From assembly GCA_001825155.1 (NCBI GenBank), contig MHVH01000005.1, positions 70,413-134,412 on the forward strand: 64,000 nucleotides of DNA. Direction: 5' to 3'. The notes under the pieces were generated by a model, which saw only the letters and a list, made by a program, of their open reading frames with translations, did not search any database and had not been told where the DNA came from. Shown piece by piece: positions 17,088-26,510 of the stretch. Position 1 is the first letter of the stretch. Each line of letters begins with the position of its first letter. The position numbers and the translations under genes are program-made. The stretch comes from Candidatus Zambryskibacteria bacterium RIFCSPHIGHO2_01_FULL_46_25 (GTDB taxonomy: Bacteria; Patescibacteriota; Minisyncoccia; Phycocordibacterales; Zambryskibacteraceae).

Positions 17088-17774
17088 TTATTCGGTTTTC
17101 TTCTCGTTCTTTTCTGCGGGAGTAGCTTCGACCTCTGGCGTTTCGCCTTCAGTTTCTTCCTTACCCTTCTTCTCCACCTCGATGCTTGAGAGATCAATAG
17201 GCGCGACTTCCTCCTCCTTCTCTTCTCTAGGAGCGGAGACCGTGATAATCACCTCTTCCGGATTAATTTTGAGCTCGACGCCGTTTGGCAGAGTAATATC
17301 TTTTGCCAGAATCTGGTCGCCGAAATTGGCGAGACCCGATACGTCAACGGTAATATTGTGAGGCAAGTTTTTGGGCATAGACTCGACCTCCAATTCGTGA
17401 AGAACCTGGACTAGGATGCCGCCCAAGTCCTTGACCGCTGGGCTTACACCCGTAAGTTCGATAGGTAGAGCAACCTCAACTTTGTGACCCTTCTCGAACA
17501 CGTAGAAGTCGGCGTGCCTGGGCGCGCCGCTTACGGGGTCAATGTCCACATCTTTAATTAAGCTTTCTTTATTTCCGTCGGGAGTGTCGAGCGTTACCAC
17601 GCTTGATTCGCCTGCCTCCTTCCAAACCTTGAGAAAGTCGATTTTCGGGATGGAAATGGAGGTGGATGCTTCCTTCTTGCCATAAAAGACTGCGGGAATT
17701 TGTCCCGCCTTTCTGATTTCCTCCGGTTTGGTATCGGTATTCCGTATATGTGCCTTCAAAGTAAGCATAAACAA
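17088..17774 (-). CDS. rplY: 50S ribosomal protein L25 (general stress protein Ctc form)
   Basis: An L25 N-domain (PAVFYGKKEASTSISIP) plus a Ctc-type extension and an acidic tail. Confidence 0.8.
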   Translation of the reverse strand: MFMLTLKAHIRNTDTKPEEIRKAGQIPAVFYGKKEASTSISIPKIDFLKVWKEAGESSVVTLDTPDGNKESLIKDVDIDPVSGAPRHADFYVFEKGHKVEVALPIELTGVSPAVKDLGGILVQVLHELEVESMPKNLPHNITVDVSGLANFGDQILAKDITLPNGVELKINPEEVIITVSAPREEKEEEVAPIDLSSIEVEKKGKEETEGETPEVEATPAEKNEKKTE

Positions 17775-17795
17775 GATTCTAGCAGATTTTAAGCA

Positions 17796-17827
17796 AAAGA
17801 AAAGGGCAGGCCGGTAGCGGTCTGCCC
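17796..17827 (-). terminator. Intrinsic terminator of the 17853..18131 gene
   Basis: GGGCAG-N12-CTGCCC followed by TTTTCTTTT on the minus strand. Confidence 0.55.
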
Positions 17828-17852
17828 TTTGGGGGTGGGTGATGAAGATGAC

Positions 17853-18131
17853 CTAGACGAGAACGTTCCTGCGGTGGAAGACAGGTCCGCGCTGGTGGCG
17901 ACGGATGGCGTAGCCATCCATGGAGACGGCGACCACCTTGGCCACGAGCTTGTGGCCAGACCTGGTGGTGAATCGCACCTTGTCGCCAATCCCCGCAACG
18001 GCGGGTGCCGGCGTCAGAGTGACGGTGGGTTCGCTCGCGTAGTTGGCCACCGTCCTGGTCGCGAAGTAGCTCATGGCGACGCTGCCGACGATGATCATCC
18101 CGATGACCACGACGAAAAACATGAACTCCAT
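17853..18131 (-). CDS. Small membrane-anchored protein (92 aa); high-GC3 foreign-looking gene with its own promoter, SD and terminator
   Basis: GGAGG SD 4 nt before the ATG. A 5'-UTR hairpin, AACAGC-agtc-GCTGTT. An N-terminal TM (FMFFVVVIGMIIVGSVAMSYFA). Codons nearly all end in G/C. Confidence 0.5.
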   Translation of the reverse strand: MEFMFFVVVIGMIIVGSVAMSYFATRTVANYASEPTVTLTPAPAVAGIGDKVRFTTRSGHKLVAKVVAVSMDGYAIRRHQRGPVFHRRNVLV

Positions 18132-18169
18132 AAATCCTCCTCGAACAGCGACTGCTGTTCTCTGTTTTT

Positions 18170-18198
18170 ATCCTAGCATACTATATATATCTTGTCAA
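18170..18198 (-). promoter_or_regulatory. Extended -10 promoter, family copy 2 (TTGACAAGAT...TGCTAGGAT)
   Basis: See the copy at 6208..6236. It lies directly downstream of the terminator of the next cassette. Confidence 0.5.
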
Positions 18199-18205
18199 GC
18201 ATATG

Positions 18206-18233
18206 AAAAGGGGCGAACCTTTCGGCCGCCCCT
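18206..18233 (-). terminator. Intrinsic terminator of the 18357..18560 gene
   Basis: GGGGCG-N11-CGCCCC followed by TTTT on the minus strand. Confidence 0.5.
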
Positions 18234-18356
18234 GTAGCGCACGTGTTGCCCCCTTTAGGGCATTAAGTCATATTCGCATAAATTCTCCGGTTGGCACCTC
18301 GGCATGTTGCCCTGCCTCAGCGGGTGCCCCGCTCAAAAAGTTGATGTGGCGGCGGG

Positions 18357-18560
18357 TCACCACTTATTGTGACCGCCGTCCTGCTGGTCGAGACTGGGGA
18401 GGCGCGGAACCTGTCCGCAACCGCCACGCCCGACCATCGCGTCGAAGAGCTCATCGAAGCTCCCCCGCACGCGACCCTCGTCCTGGGCTCGCGTGAGACG
18501 ACCGATGAACATGTCGTCTTCACTACCAAGAACACGTTTCCGAGAAACTGATCGTACCAT
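18357..18560 (-). CDS. Small soluble protein (67 aa from its ATG); high-GC3 foreign-looking gene
   Basis: The track ORF's TTG start at 18599 lies upstream of the -10. The first ATG (MVRSVSRK...) has a GAGGTG SD ~7 nt upstream. GC3 bias is strong. Confidence 0.4.
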   Translation of the reverse strand: MVRSVSRKRVLGSEDDMFIGRLTRAQDEGRVRGSFDELFDAMVGRGGCGQVPRLPSLDQQDGGHNKW

Positions 18561-18580
18561 GTGTGGCACCTCTACTAATA

Positions 18581-18609
18581 ATCTTAGCATAATATACAAA
18601 TCTTGTCAA
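18581..18609 (-). promoter_or_regulatory. Extended -10 promoter, family copy 3 (TTGACAAGAT...TGCTAAGAT)
   Basis: 22 of 29 positions match the other two copies. Confidence 0.5.
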
Positions 18610-18675
18610 GCACATTTATTAACTTATCCACACCTCACCAAGGCAACGCCTTGGTAAATGGCTTTGTTGAGCCGT

Positions 18676-20343
18676 TTATTCCAACGCAATATGGGATTCC
18701 AAATATTCGATAGTGCCGTTTACCTTCTTGCCTGGGTTAAAAATGTTTAAGGGATCGAAAATGTGCTTCACTTTCTTAAATAGTTCCAAAATTTCCGGCG
18801 AATACATTTTATTGAGATACGGCGTGCGCACGATGCCGTCGTTGTGTTCGCCAGTGATGGAGCCTTTGTACTCGCGAACGAGGTTATAAATCCTCTCCCC
18901 CGCTTCCTTGATGATGGCCACATTCATTTTGTTTTTCATATTCATAAGCGGAATGATGTGGAAGTTACCGTTGCCCGCGTGACCGGCAATAGTGTAATTG
19001 AGTTTATATTCGTCGAGAATTAACTTCATCTTTGGCAAGAATTCCGCCATGTCCTCCGGCCTCACTACTACATCGTCGACAAATGGTGCCGTGCGAGCTC
19101 CGTGAATGTGTTTCCTAAGCAGGTTGAAGCTCTCTCGCCGTACGGTCCAGTATTTCTCCGATTCTTCTTCCGACAAAGTTTTCCTCGATACGAGTTTAAA
19201 TGGATGAATAATTTCCTCAAGCTTCTCCATTTTGTTGTCTACCTCGGCTTTCGAGCTCCCGGAATATTCCACGAGGAGAATCAACTTCGGAATCCCACCT
19301 TTGAGTATCATGAAGGCTTCCGGCACGAAGGACCATATGAGGGAGAAGAAATGTTTCGGCTTCATACTCTTTAGCATTTCCGGGAAGAAGCGTACGGCAA
19401 GCTTCATGGTGGCATCGTCATAGGATTCTATCGAGTCCGGCTTCGTTGGGAGAATGGCGTTGATAAGCTTAGGCAAGTGAGTAAGGTCGTGGATGAAGAT
19501 AACAAAGAGCTCAGAAGCCTTCTCGACCGATACCAGTTGAACGGTTGCCTCGGTCATAATACCGAGAGTGCCTTGGGCGCCCGTCAGAAGTTTGTTGAGG
19601 TCAAACATTCCTTCCAACCCTTCGACAGGCTCAGGGTAAATATTCCAAAGGTAGTAACCGGCGGAGTTTTTGGAAACATTCGGCTTAGCTTGCCGTATCG
19701 CTTCTTTATTATTCTCCAATAATTCAAAGAGTTGTGTGTAGAGATTGCCTTCGAAATCCCCTTGAGCCATTTTTATCTCAAGTTCCGCCTTGGACAGAGG
19801 TTTAACCTCATATTCATGTCCATCGGAGAAAATGTATTTCGAAGAAACGACATAATCCTCCATTTTGCCATAGCGCAGAGTCTTCTCCCCCGCGCAATTG
19901 TTGGCTATCATGCCACCCAAGGCGCAAAGATTCTTTGACGCGGGATAGCAAGGCAGTATCAATTTCTTCTCCAGAGTTTTTTTCTCAAAATCTCTGTAAA
20001 AAGCTCCAGGCTCTGTGATACATAGGCCTTGCCTATGTATTTCACCGATTCTGTTCATATGCTTTGTGACATCGGCGACAATGGATTCTCCCAGCGGGCC
20101 GCCCGACATGTCTGAGCCGGCTGCCCGTATAGTAAGCGATACTTCTGGGCCAATAGATTTATGTTCGTGGACAAATTGGACCAGAGCGGCAAGGTCCGCG
20201 GCGTCTTTTGGATATACGACCAGCTTCGGTCTTACTTTAAAAAGGCTTGCGTCGCGGCTGTACGTTTCGAGCACCTCGTCATCATCTATCACTTCACCTT
20301 TGAACACATGCCTTAGTGCGTCAGCCAATATCATGCCTGTCAT
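18676..20343 (-). CDS. FAD-linked oxidase (GlcD/D-lactate dehydrogenase family)
   Basis: 555 aa with an N-terminal PCMH-type FAD-binding domain plus the C-terminal FAD-oxidase domain. Confidence 0.75.
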   Translation of the reverse strand: MTGMILADALRHVFKGEVIDDDEVLETYSRDASLFKVRPKLVVYPKDAADLAALVQFVHEHKSIGPEVSLTIRAAGSDMSGGPLGESIVADVTKHMNRIGEIHRQGLCITEPGAFYRDFEKKTLEKKLILPCYPASKNLCALGGMIANNCAGEKTLRYGKMEDYVVSSKYIFSDGHEYEVKPLSKAELEIKMAQGDFEGNLYTQLFELLENNKEAIRQAKPNVSKNSAGYYLWNIYPEPVEGLEGMFDLNKLLTGAQGTLGIMTEATVQLVSVEKASELFVIFIHDLTHLPKLINAILPTKPDSIESYDDATMKLAVRFFPEMLKSMKPKHFFSLIWSFVPEAFMILKGGIPKLILLVEYSGSSKAEVDNKMEKLEEIIHPFKLVSRKTLSEEESEKYWTVRRESFNLLRKHIHGARTAPFVDDVVVRPEDMAEFLPKMKLILDEYKLNYTIAGHAGNGNFHIIPLMNMKNKMNVAIIKEAGERIYNLVREYKGSITGEHNDGIVRTPYLNKMYSPEILELFKKVKHIFDPLNIFNPGKKVNGTIEYLESHIALE

Positions 20344-21194
20344 AGGTTGTTGAATAGTTTGAGTCGCTCGATAACCACCTCTTTCATGCTCTTCACCGCT
20401 TCCTGCATAAATTTATATGGGGCTATCTCGCCCGATTTTATACCTTCCTCAATACCCGCTTTATAAGCTAGGCGGAGTTCTGTATTGATATGAATAATTC
20501 TAATGCCGGCCGCAATCGCTAAGCGGAAGTCTTCGTCGCTTATGCCCGAGCCGCCATGAAGGACGAGAGGTACTTCAGAAATTTGCTCAAGCTTTTTGAT
20601 TAGCTCAATGTCGAGATCTGGTTCTCCGGCTTTGACTATCCCGTGAATATTTCCCACAGAGGGAGCAAAAAGGTCAATGCCAGTTTGTTTTACGAATTCT
20701 GCCGCCTCGTCTGGATTTGTCTTCGCCACTCCTGCCGGAATTTCCTCCAGAACTTTCGATGATGTGCCAATGAAGCCAAGCTCTCCTTCGACCAAGGCCG
20801 GGCCTTGAGAATTTGTATTTAAGGCCCGGCCTTCGGCATAATCCACAACCTTTTTTGTCATGGCAACATTTTCTTCAAATGATTTTGCGGCGCCATCTAT
20901 GATGACGCTATCTACCCCCGCGTCTATGGCGGCCTTCGCCCTCTCGACGGAGTAAGTGTGGTCGGCGTTTATGAAGACGGGCAGGCCGTTGCCGCGGGCA
21001 ACTTTTACCAGAGAGACTATTTCGGCAAGGCCGATAAACTCTCTCTCCCCTTCCGATACGCCGATAATCACCGGAACTCCAAGCTCTTTCGCAGCTTCTA
21101 CCACAGCCTTGAATCCTTCGGAATCTGAAATATTGAAATGGCCTATGGCAACACCCTTCTTCTTTGCGTCGGCAATACACTCGCTTAATGTCAT
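20340..21194 (-). CDS. fba: Class II fructose-bisphosphate aldolase
   Basis: HFNISD, FINADHTYS and LVLHGGSGISDE motifs. Confidence 0.85.
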   Translation of the reverse strand: MTLSECIADAKKKGVAIGHFNISDSEGFKAVVEAAKELGVPVIIGVSEGEREFIGLAEIVSLVKVARGNGLPVFINADHTYSVERAKAAIDAGVDSVIIDGAAKSFEENVAMTKKVVDYAEGRALNTNSQGPALVEGELGFIGTSSKVLEEIPAGVAKTNPDEAAEFVKQTGIDLFAPSVGNIHGIVKAGEPDLDIELIKKLEQISEVPLVLHGGSGISDEDFRLAIAAGIRIIHINTELRLAYKAGIEEGIKSGEIAPYKFMQEAVKSMKEVVIERLKLFNNL

Positions 21195-21210
21195 GCTATT
21201 ATTTTATCAA

Positions 21211-22197
21211 ATGCACGACTTTATAGCGATTGGCGATATCGTGACCGATGCCTTCATCAAACTTAAGGATGCGAGCGTCCACTGCGACATCAACAACGAG
21301 AAATGCGAGATATGCATGGCTTTCGCCGATAAGATTCCCTATGAATCGGTTGAGGAAGTAAGCGCCGTTGGTAATGCTTCGAATGCCTCAGTCGCCGCGG
21401 CGAAACTCGGGCTCAAAAGTGCTTTGGTCTCAAATCTGGGCGATGACAGCAACGGACACGAGTGTCTCGAGACGCTAAGGGTGGCTGGCGTCGATACGCA
21501 ATACGTAACTGTCCACGCGGGCAAGAAATCTAACTATCATTACGTGCTCTGGTACGAGAATGAGCGCACTATTCTCATAAAACATGAGACGTATGACAGG
21601 AAATTGCCTGATATAGACTCACCCAAGTGGCTTTACTTCTCCTCTCTCGGTCCAGATACGGAAGCCTATCACTCCAAAATAGCGGAGTATCTGAAGAGCC
21701 ACGCGGAAGTTTCTCTCGCCTTCCAGCCTGGAACATTCCAACTCAAGTTGGGAAGGGAAAAATTGATGGAAATTTATAAGCGGACCAAAATATTTTTCTG
21801 CAATATCGAGGAGGGAGAAAAGATTCTCGGCATTGATACTCTCGGCGTGCAAGAACTTTTGAAAAGATTGCGTGAGCTGGGTCCGGAAATCGTAGTAATT
21901 ACCGAGGGGCCCAAGGGCGCTTATGCGTATGATGGCTCAAAAATTTACCACCAGCTTCCCTACCCGGACCCGAGACCCGCTCTCGAGCGTACAGGCGCTG
22001 GAGACGCATTCTCTGCCACCATAGTTGCCGCACTCGCTCTCGGGAAGGATCTGCCGGAGTCTCTCCAGTGGGGCGCTATTAATGCTTCTTCTGTCGTGCA
22101 GTATGTCGGCGCGCAGAAAGGACTCCTCTCCCGCCCCCAAATCGAAGAATATCTAAAGACTGCTCCTCCGGAATTCGAAACAAAAGTTTTAAACTAA
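21211..22197 (+). CDS. PfkB-family carbohydrate kinase (ribokinase-like; possibly a PfkB-type phosphofructokinase given it sits beside fba)
   Basis: The start is trimmed to MHDFIAIGDIV.... A GG motif and a C-terminal TGAGDAF anion-hole motif are present. The track's N-terminal extension is antisense to fba. Confidence 0.75.
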   Translation: MHDFIAIGDIVTDAFIKLKDASVHCDINNEKCEICMAFADKIPYESVEEVSAVGNASNASVAAAKLGLKSALVSNLGDDSNGHECLETLRVAGVDTQYVTVHAGKKSNYHYVLWYENERTILIKHETYDRKLPDIDSPKWLYFSSLGPDTEAYHSKIAEYLKSHAEVSLAFQPGTFQLKLGREKLMEIYKRTKIFFCNIEEGEKILGIDTLGVQELLKRLRELGPEIVVITEGPKGAYAYDGSKIYHQLPYPDPRPALERTGAGDAFSATIVAALALGKDLPESLQWGAINASSVVQYVGAQKGLLSRPQIEEYLKTAPPEFETKVLN

Positions 22198-23199
22198 TTC
22201 CTTAACCGCTTTTATAATCGCGTCTTTGTCCATTCCATAGTGCTTGAGGAGTTCTTCCGGTTTGCCTGACTGGCCGAATTGGTCGTGGACGCCGACGAAT
22301 CGCATTGGCACAGGCTTGTGTTCCGCCAAACACTCCGCCACAGCACTGCCCATGCCACCGGCTACCTGATGCTCCTCGACCGTTACTATGGCCTTGGCCC
22401 TATTGGCGAGAGCGACTATGGCCTTTTTATCCAGCGGTTTGATGGTAGAGAGATTCATCACTTCCACTGCAATACCCTTCTCCTCAAGCTCCTTTGCCGC
22501 AAGTAGAGCTTGGTAGAGGAGCGCGCCGGTGGCAATAATGCCTACCCTTGGTTTGTTTCCTTGCCAGAAAATTTGTGCCTTGCCAATCTCAAACGGAGTT
22601 TCGTTTGTCGTCATGACAGGCGTCTTCTCGCGAGCGAGGCGAAGATATACAGGAGTGTTTGTAACCGCGCTAGCTTCGGTAGCCTTTCTAGCTTCAATTG
22701 CATCGCAAGGAGAAATGACGACCATGCGTGGCAGTACGCGAGCGATTGCCAAGTCCTCTAGAGCTTGGTGCGTGCCACCATCCGGACCAACGGAAACTCC
22801 GGCGTGCGAGCCGGCAATCTTAACCGGTCTATTGTTATAACAGATAGTAGTGCGAATCTGTTCCCAGTTTCTGCCGGGAGAAAACATGGCATAAGAGCTA
22901 ATGAAAGGAATTTTACCCATGGCGGCAAGGCCGGAAGCGACCGAGGCCATATTCTGCTCCGCCACGCCCATTTCGATAAACCTTTGCGGGAACTTCTCCG
23001 CGAAGAAGTGCATTTGGGTCGATTCCGTAAGATCGGCGCACAATCCTACTACGCGCTGATTTTGCTCTCCTGCGGAGAGCAATCCTTCGCCAAATCCTTT
23101 TCGTATCGGCACTTGCTCGACATCCTTGTCGAAAATTTTCTTATTGAGATGTAAGTCTGGGTTGAGCATATTACTCGTGTTCGGACTTAATCTTCCCAC
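22189..23199 (-). CDS. Transketolase, C-terminal (pyrimidine-binding) subunit of a split enzyme
   Basis: 336 aa homologous to the C-terminal half of Tkt. It overlaps the N-terminal subunit gene by 29 nt. Confidence 0.85.
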   Translation of the reverse strand: MGRLSPNTSNMLNPDLHLNKKIFDKDVEQVPIRKGFGEGLLSAGEQNQRVVGLCADLTESTQMHFFAEKFPQRFIEMGVAEQNMASVASGLAAMGKIPFISSYAMFSPGRNWEQIRTTICYNNRPVKIAGSHAGVSVGPDGGTHQALEDLAIARVLPRMVVISPCDAIEARKATEASAVTNTPVYLRLAREKTPVMTTNETPFEIGKAQIFWQGNKPRVGIIATGALLYQALLAAKELEEKGIAVEVMNLSTIKPLDKKAIVALANRAKAIVTVEEHQVAGGMGSAVAECLAEHKPVPMRFVGVHDQFGQSGKPEELLKHYGMDKDAIIKAVKELV

Positions 23200-24037
23200 C
23201 TAAGGTGCGCAGCTCTTTCAAAGCAAGAGCCCCCTCCTCTTTGCTCGGTGGTTTGCCATGCCAGCGATAGTCGCGCTCAAATTCCGGCACGCCCTTGCCG
23301 GCTATGGTGTGAGTGATGATTACCGTTGGCTTGCCGAAAATGCTTTTCGCCGCGGCGAAGGTGTCCGCAATCTCCTCGATATTGTGCCCGTCAATCTCTA
23401 TCACGTGCCAATTCCATGCTCGCCACTTGTCCGAAAGACTTTCGAGAGGCATCACTTCCTCCGTGTAGCCATCTATTTGGATATTATTCCTGTCGACGAC
23501 AGCAACCAAGTTGTGAAGCTTCTCCTTGCCGGCAAGCATAGCCGCTTCCCAAGTCTGCCCGCACTCCATTTCCCCATCAGAGAGCAGAGCGTAAATGCGT
23601 CTCTGCGAAGTAAGACCGTGGTCAATTTTGTCCGCGAGCGCCATACCCACCGCCTGCGAGAGACCGGAACCAAGTGGTCCGGAGCTGGTCTCAAGCATTG
23701 GCAAATAATCTCTGTGAGGATGACCTTGCAATCTGCTGCCGAACTTCCGCAAAGTCTTGAGTTCTTCTATCGAGAAATATCCCGCGTGAGCCATGGTCGA
23801 ATACAAAACAGGACAAATGTGCCCGTTTGAGAGCACGAGTCTATCCCGCTCCGGCCAGTCCGGCTTCTTGGGCTTATGCTTAAGTGTATGGAAGAAGAGG
23901 ACGGTGAAGATGTCAGCCATATCAAGAGGCCCCGCGGTGTGTCCCGAGCCGGCTTCTATCAAAGATTCGATGATAGAAACGCGAATCTTGTTCGCCTGCT
24001 CCTCAAGCTCTTTTATTCTTTCGTCAGTGAGTTCCAT
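23171..24037 (-). CDS. Transketolase, N-terminal (TPP-binding) subunit
   Basis: 288 aa with GSGHTAGPLDMADI and LSNGH motifs. Confidence 0.85.
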   Translation of the reverse strand: MELTDERIKELEEQANKIRVSIIESLIEAGSGHTAGPLDMADIFTVLFFHTLKHKPKKPDWPERDRLVLSNGHICPVLYSTMAHAGYFSIEELKTLRKFGSRLQGHPHRDYLPMLETSSGPLGSGLSQAVGMALADKIDHGLTSQRRIYALLSDGEMECGQTWEAAMLAGKEKLHNLVAVVDRNNIQIDGYTEEVMPLESLSDKWRAWNWHVIEIDGHNIEEIADTFAAAKSIFGKPTVIITHTIAGKGVPEFERDYRWHGKPPSKEEGALALKELRTLGGKIKSEHE

Positions 24038-24573
24038 ATTTCTTTGAAATGCGACCCTACTACAAGTCTGTCCGTTCCGGCATCGAGAAGCTTTTGGTAA
24101 TTATTAAGATTTACACCGCCGTCTACCGAAATGGGTTTGTCGGGAAACTTTTCCTGCAGGAGCTTAACCCTGCCAAATATTTTATCATCCAGCGGTTCGC
24201 CCTGCTTGCCGATATCATCTATCGACATGAGGTGGATAAAATCCACGAAATCGAAGAAGGGCATGAATTCTTCGAGCGGCCTGTCGATCTCCACGGCGTA
24301 GCCGATTTCCGCCCGGTCTCTGTACTGGACGAGCGCCGCCGAAGGTTTGTGGATACTCACGCGCTTGGCTCCTCTCTTGATCCACCTTTCGATTATGGAA
24401 TCCGGATCCTCGACCATAAGATGTACCTCGAAATCTCTCGTATTCTTGTCTGTCCATATATCTTCCTCCAAAACATCCATGTGGAAGAACGTGATTGAGC
24501 CCGGCAACTCCGCCAAACTCTTCTCAAGCTCCTCTACCGAATGCGGCAAAATTGCCGGAATGATTTCGTGCAT
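24013..24573 (-). CDS. rpe: Ribulose-phosphate 3-epimerase-like
   Basis: FFHMDV and EVHLMVEDP motifs plus a C-terminal SVDGGVN segment. Divergent. Confidence 0.6.
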   Translation of the reverse strand: MHEIIPAILPHSVEELEKSLAELPGSITFFHMDVLEEDIWTDKNTRDFEVHLMVEDPDSIIERWIKRGAKRVSIHKPSAALVQYRDRAEIGYAVEIDRPLEEFMPFFDFVDFIHLMSIDDIGKQGEPLDDKIFGRVKLLQEKFPDKPISVDGGVNLNNYQKLLDAGTDRLVVGSHFKEIWNSLTKE

Positions 24574-25016
24574 TATCTGTCGAGTTTAGTAATTCTTCTT
24601 ACGTGACGTTCGTCGCCGGAGAAGGGCGTTTCAAGCCAGAGCTTTACGGTTTCGAGAGCTTCATTGGCTTCGATAAATCGGGCGCCGAGGGAAAGAATAT
24701 TCGCGTCATTGTGTTCGCGAGAGAGCCGCACTATCTCTATTGAACCGCCGTAGTAAACCGCGGCCCGCACGTTTTTAAATCTGTTGGCGCACATAGCCTC
24801 GCCCTGGCCCGACATCCCTATGACTATTCCTCTTGACTCCAACTCGTTTGCGACGGCTTGCGCGACCGGCTTCATAAAATCCGGATAATCGTCGTTCGGG
24901 TTGAGAGAAAAGGCACCCTTGTCCTCGATTTCATGGCCAAGCACTTTTAGATACTCAATTAGTTTGGCTTTGAGTTCGAATCCCGCGTGATCTGATCCGA
25001 TGTAGATTTTGGTCAT
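24573..25016 (-). CDS. rpiB: Ribose-5-phosphate isomerase B
   Basis: MTKIYIGSDHAGFELK...GMSGQGEAMCANR. Confidence 0.85.
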   Translation of the reverse strand: MTKIYIGSDHAGFELKAKLIEYLKVLGHEIEDKGAFSLNPNDDYPDFMKPVAQAVANELESRGIVIGMSGQGEAMCANRFKNVRAAVYYGGSIEIVRLSREHNDANILSLGARFIEANEALETVKLWLETPFSGDERHVRRITKLDR

Positions 25017-26017
25017 TAGAAATTAGAAATTACTTGGCCGAGCTTCACCACATGTCGGACAAGTGTATTCGTATACCCCATTTCGTTGTCATACCACGAG
25101 TAAACGGCGCAAAGGTCGCCGCCGGTGACATGCGTAAGCGACAGGTCGGCAATAGCGGCGTGAGGATTGCCGATAATGTCGGTTGAAACGATTTGCTCGC
25201 GAGTGACGGCAAGGATGCCCTTCCATCTTTCTTCTTTCGCGGATTCTTCAAGCATCGAATTGATTTCCTCCGGAGTAGTCTCGCGCGAGGAGACGAAGCC
25301 GATTGCCGAAAGAGAGCCGGTAGACACCGGCACTCTCATGGCTACGCCGTCGAACTTCCCCAGAAGTTCGTGCACCGCGCGGCCGACGGCGATGGCGGCG
25401 CCGGTCGAGGACGGCACTATGTTAATGGCCGCCGCCCTGCCACGGCGGAAATCCCCGCCTTTCACCGGCGAATCGGTAAGTGTTTGGGTCGCGGTATAGC
25501 CGTGGATGGTATTGAGAAACGCCTTTTTGATACCAAGCTTCTCGGAGAGTATCTGCATGATGGGCGAGGCGGAGTTTGTAGTGCAGGAGCCGTTTGAAGT
25601 AATTTTACAAACCTTGAGGTCATCTTCGTTAACGCCCATGAGCACGGTTTTCGAGTCGGATGAGTCCTCATCCTTGGCCGGCGCGGTGATGACGACCCTC
25701 TTGGCGCCGGCGGCAAGATGCGCCCGCGCTTTCTCATAACTTTCGAATGCTCCAGAGGATTCGACGACGATATCGATATTCAAATCTTTCCAGGGAAGAT
25801 TGGCTGGCTCCTTCTCGGAAAGGAATTGCGCTTTGAAGCTCCCGTCCCACGAGCCGTAAACACTGTCGTGCTTCAAGAGATATTCAAGGTTGTCCTTGTC
25901 GCCCAGGTCATTGACCGCCACGACCTCAAGTTCGGGAATGCTCGATGCCAGTTTGTAAAAAGCTCTGCCGATCCGGCCGAAACCGTTGATTGCCACTCGT
26001 ATTTTTTTCGTTTCCAT
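25016..26017 (-). CDS. gap: Glyceraldehyde-3-phosphate dehydrogenase
   Basis: INGFGRIGR Rossmann motif and a catalytic SNGSCTTNSASP segment. Confidence 0.9.
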   Translation of the reverse strand: METKKIRVAINGFGRIGRAFYKLASSIPELEVVAVNDLGDKDNLEYLLKHDSVYGSWDGSFKAQFLSEKEPANLPWKDLNIDIVVESSGAFESYEKARAHLAAGAKRVVITAPAKDEDSSDSKTVLMGVNEDDLKVCKITSNGSCTTNSASPIMQILSEKLGIKKAFLNTIHGYTATQTLTDSPVKGGDFRRGRAAAINIVPSSTGAAIAVGRAVHELLGKFDGVAMRVPVSTGSLSAIGFVSSRETTPEEINSMLEESAKEERWKGILAVTREQIVSTDIIGNPHAAIADLSLTHVTGGDLCAVYSWYDNEMGYTNTLVRHVVKLGQVISNF

Positions 26018-26442
26018 TACTTAGATTCTAGCACATCGCTTTCTCCGGCGTTGAGCTCGAGGACGTATTTTACCGCCCGCGGTGGATAAAAGACTTGAGG
26101 ATAAGTATCGGGCGAGACGCTCTTCTCGACGCCTATTATGCCGAAGTTTTCGTCCAGCCAGACTATGTCTATTGGGAAATTCATGTCCTTCATCCAGAAA
26201 CCGTGAAGTCCCGATTTCTCGAAGATGAAGAGAAGCCCCGTCCTCGCCGCGAGCGCTTCTCTGCCCGAGAGACCGCGCATTCTCTCCAGGTCCGAATCGG
26301 CAATCTCGACTTGGATTTCCGTATTCGCAATTACTATAACCCCCTCTCGTATCTCCCCCTTAGCAGGGGGAGAAGTGAAAAACGCGTAAAATGACCAGGC
26401 GATAATCGCGACTCCCAGTATCAAAAAGAATTTATCCCGCAT
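26017..26442 (-). CDS. DUF192 (COG1430) family protein
   Basis: 141 aa with an N-terminal anchor and conserved DUF192 blocks (MRGLSGR, GFWMKDMNFPIDIVWLD). Confidence 0.65.
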   Translation of the reverse strand: MRDKFFLILGVAIIAWSFYAFFTSPPAKGEIREGVIVIANTEIQVEIADSDLERMRGLSGREALAARTGLLFIFEKSGLHGFWMKDMNFPIDIVWLDENFGIIGVEKSVSPDTYPQVFYPPRAVKYVLELNAGESDVLESK

Positions 26443-26443
26443 A

Positions 26444-26478
26444 ATCCAAGTATAGCAAAACCCCGCCGAAGCGGGGTT
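26444..26478 (-). terminator. Intrinsic terminator after the RRM-protein gene
   Basis: A perfect AAAACCCCGC-cgaa-GCGGGGTTTT hairpin. Confidence 0.65.
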
Positions 26479-26510
26479 TTGCTTGTGTAACTTCCGCCGA
26501 AGCGGATTGA

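Noticed and set aside
20956-21210. N-terminal 85-codon extension of the PfkB kinase ORF
   Set aside because: It is antisense to fba. PfkB homology begins at MHDFIAIGDIV (21211).
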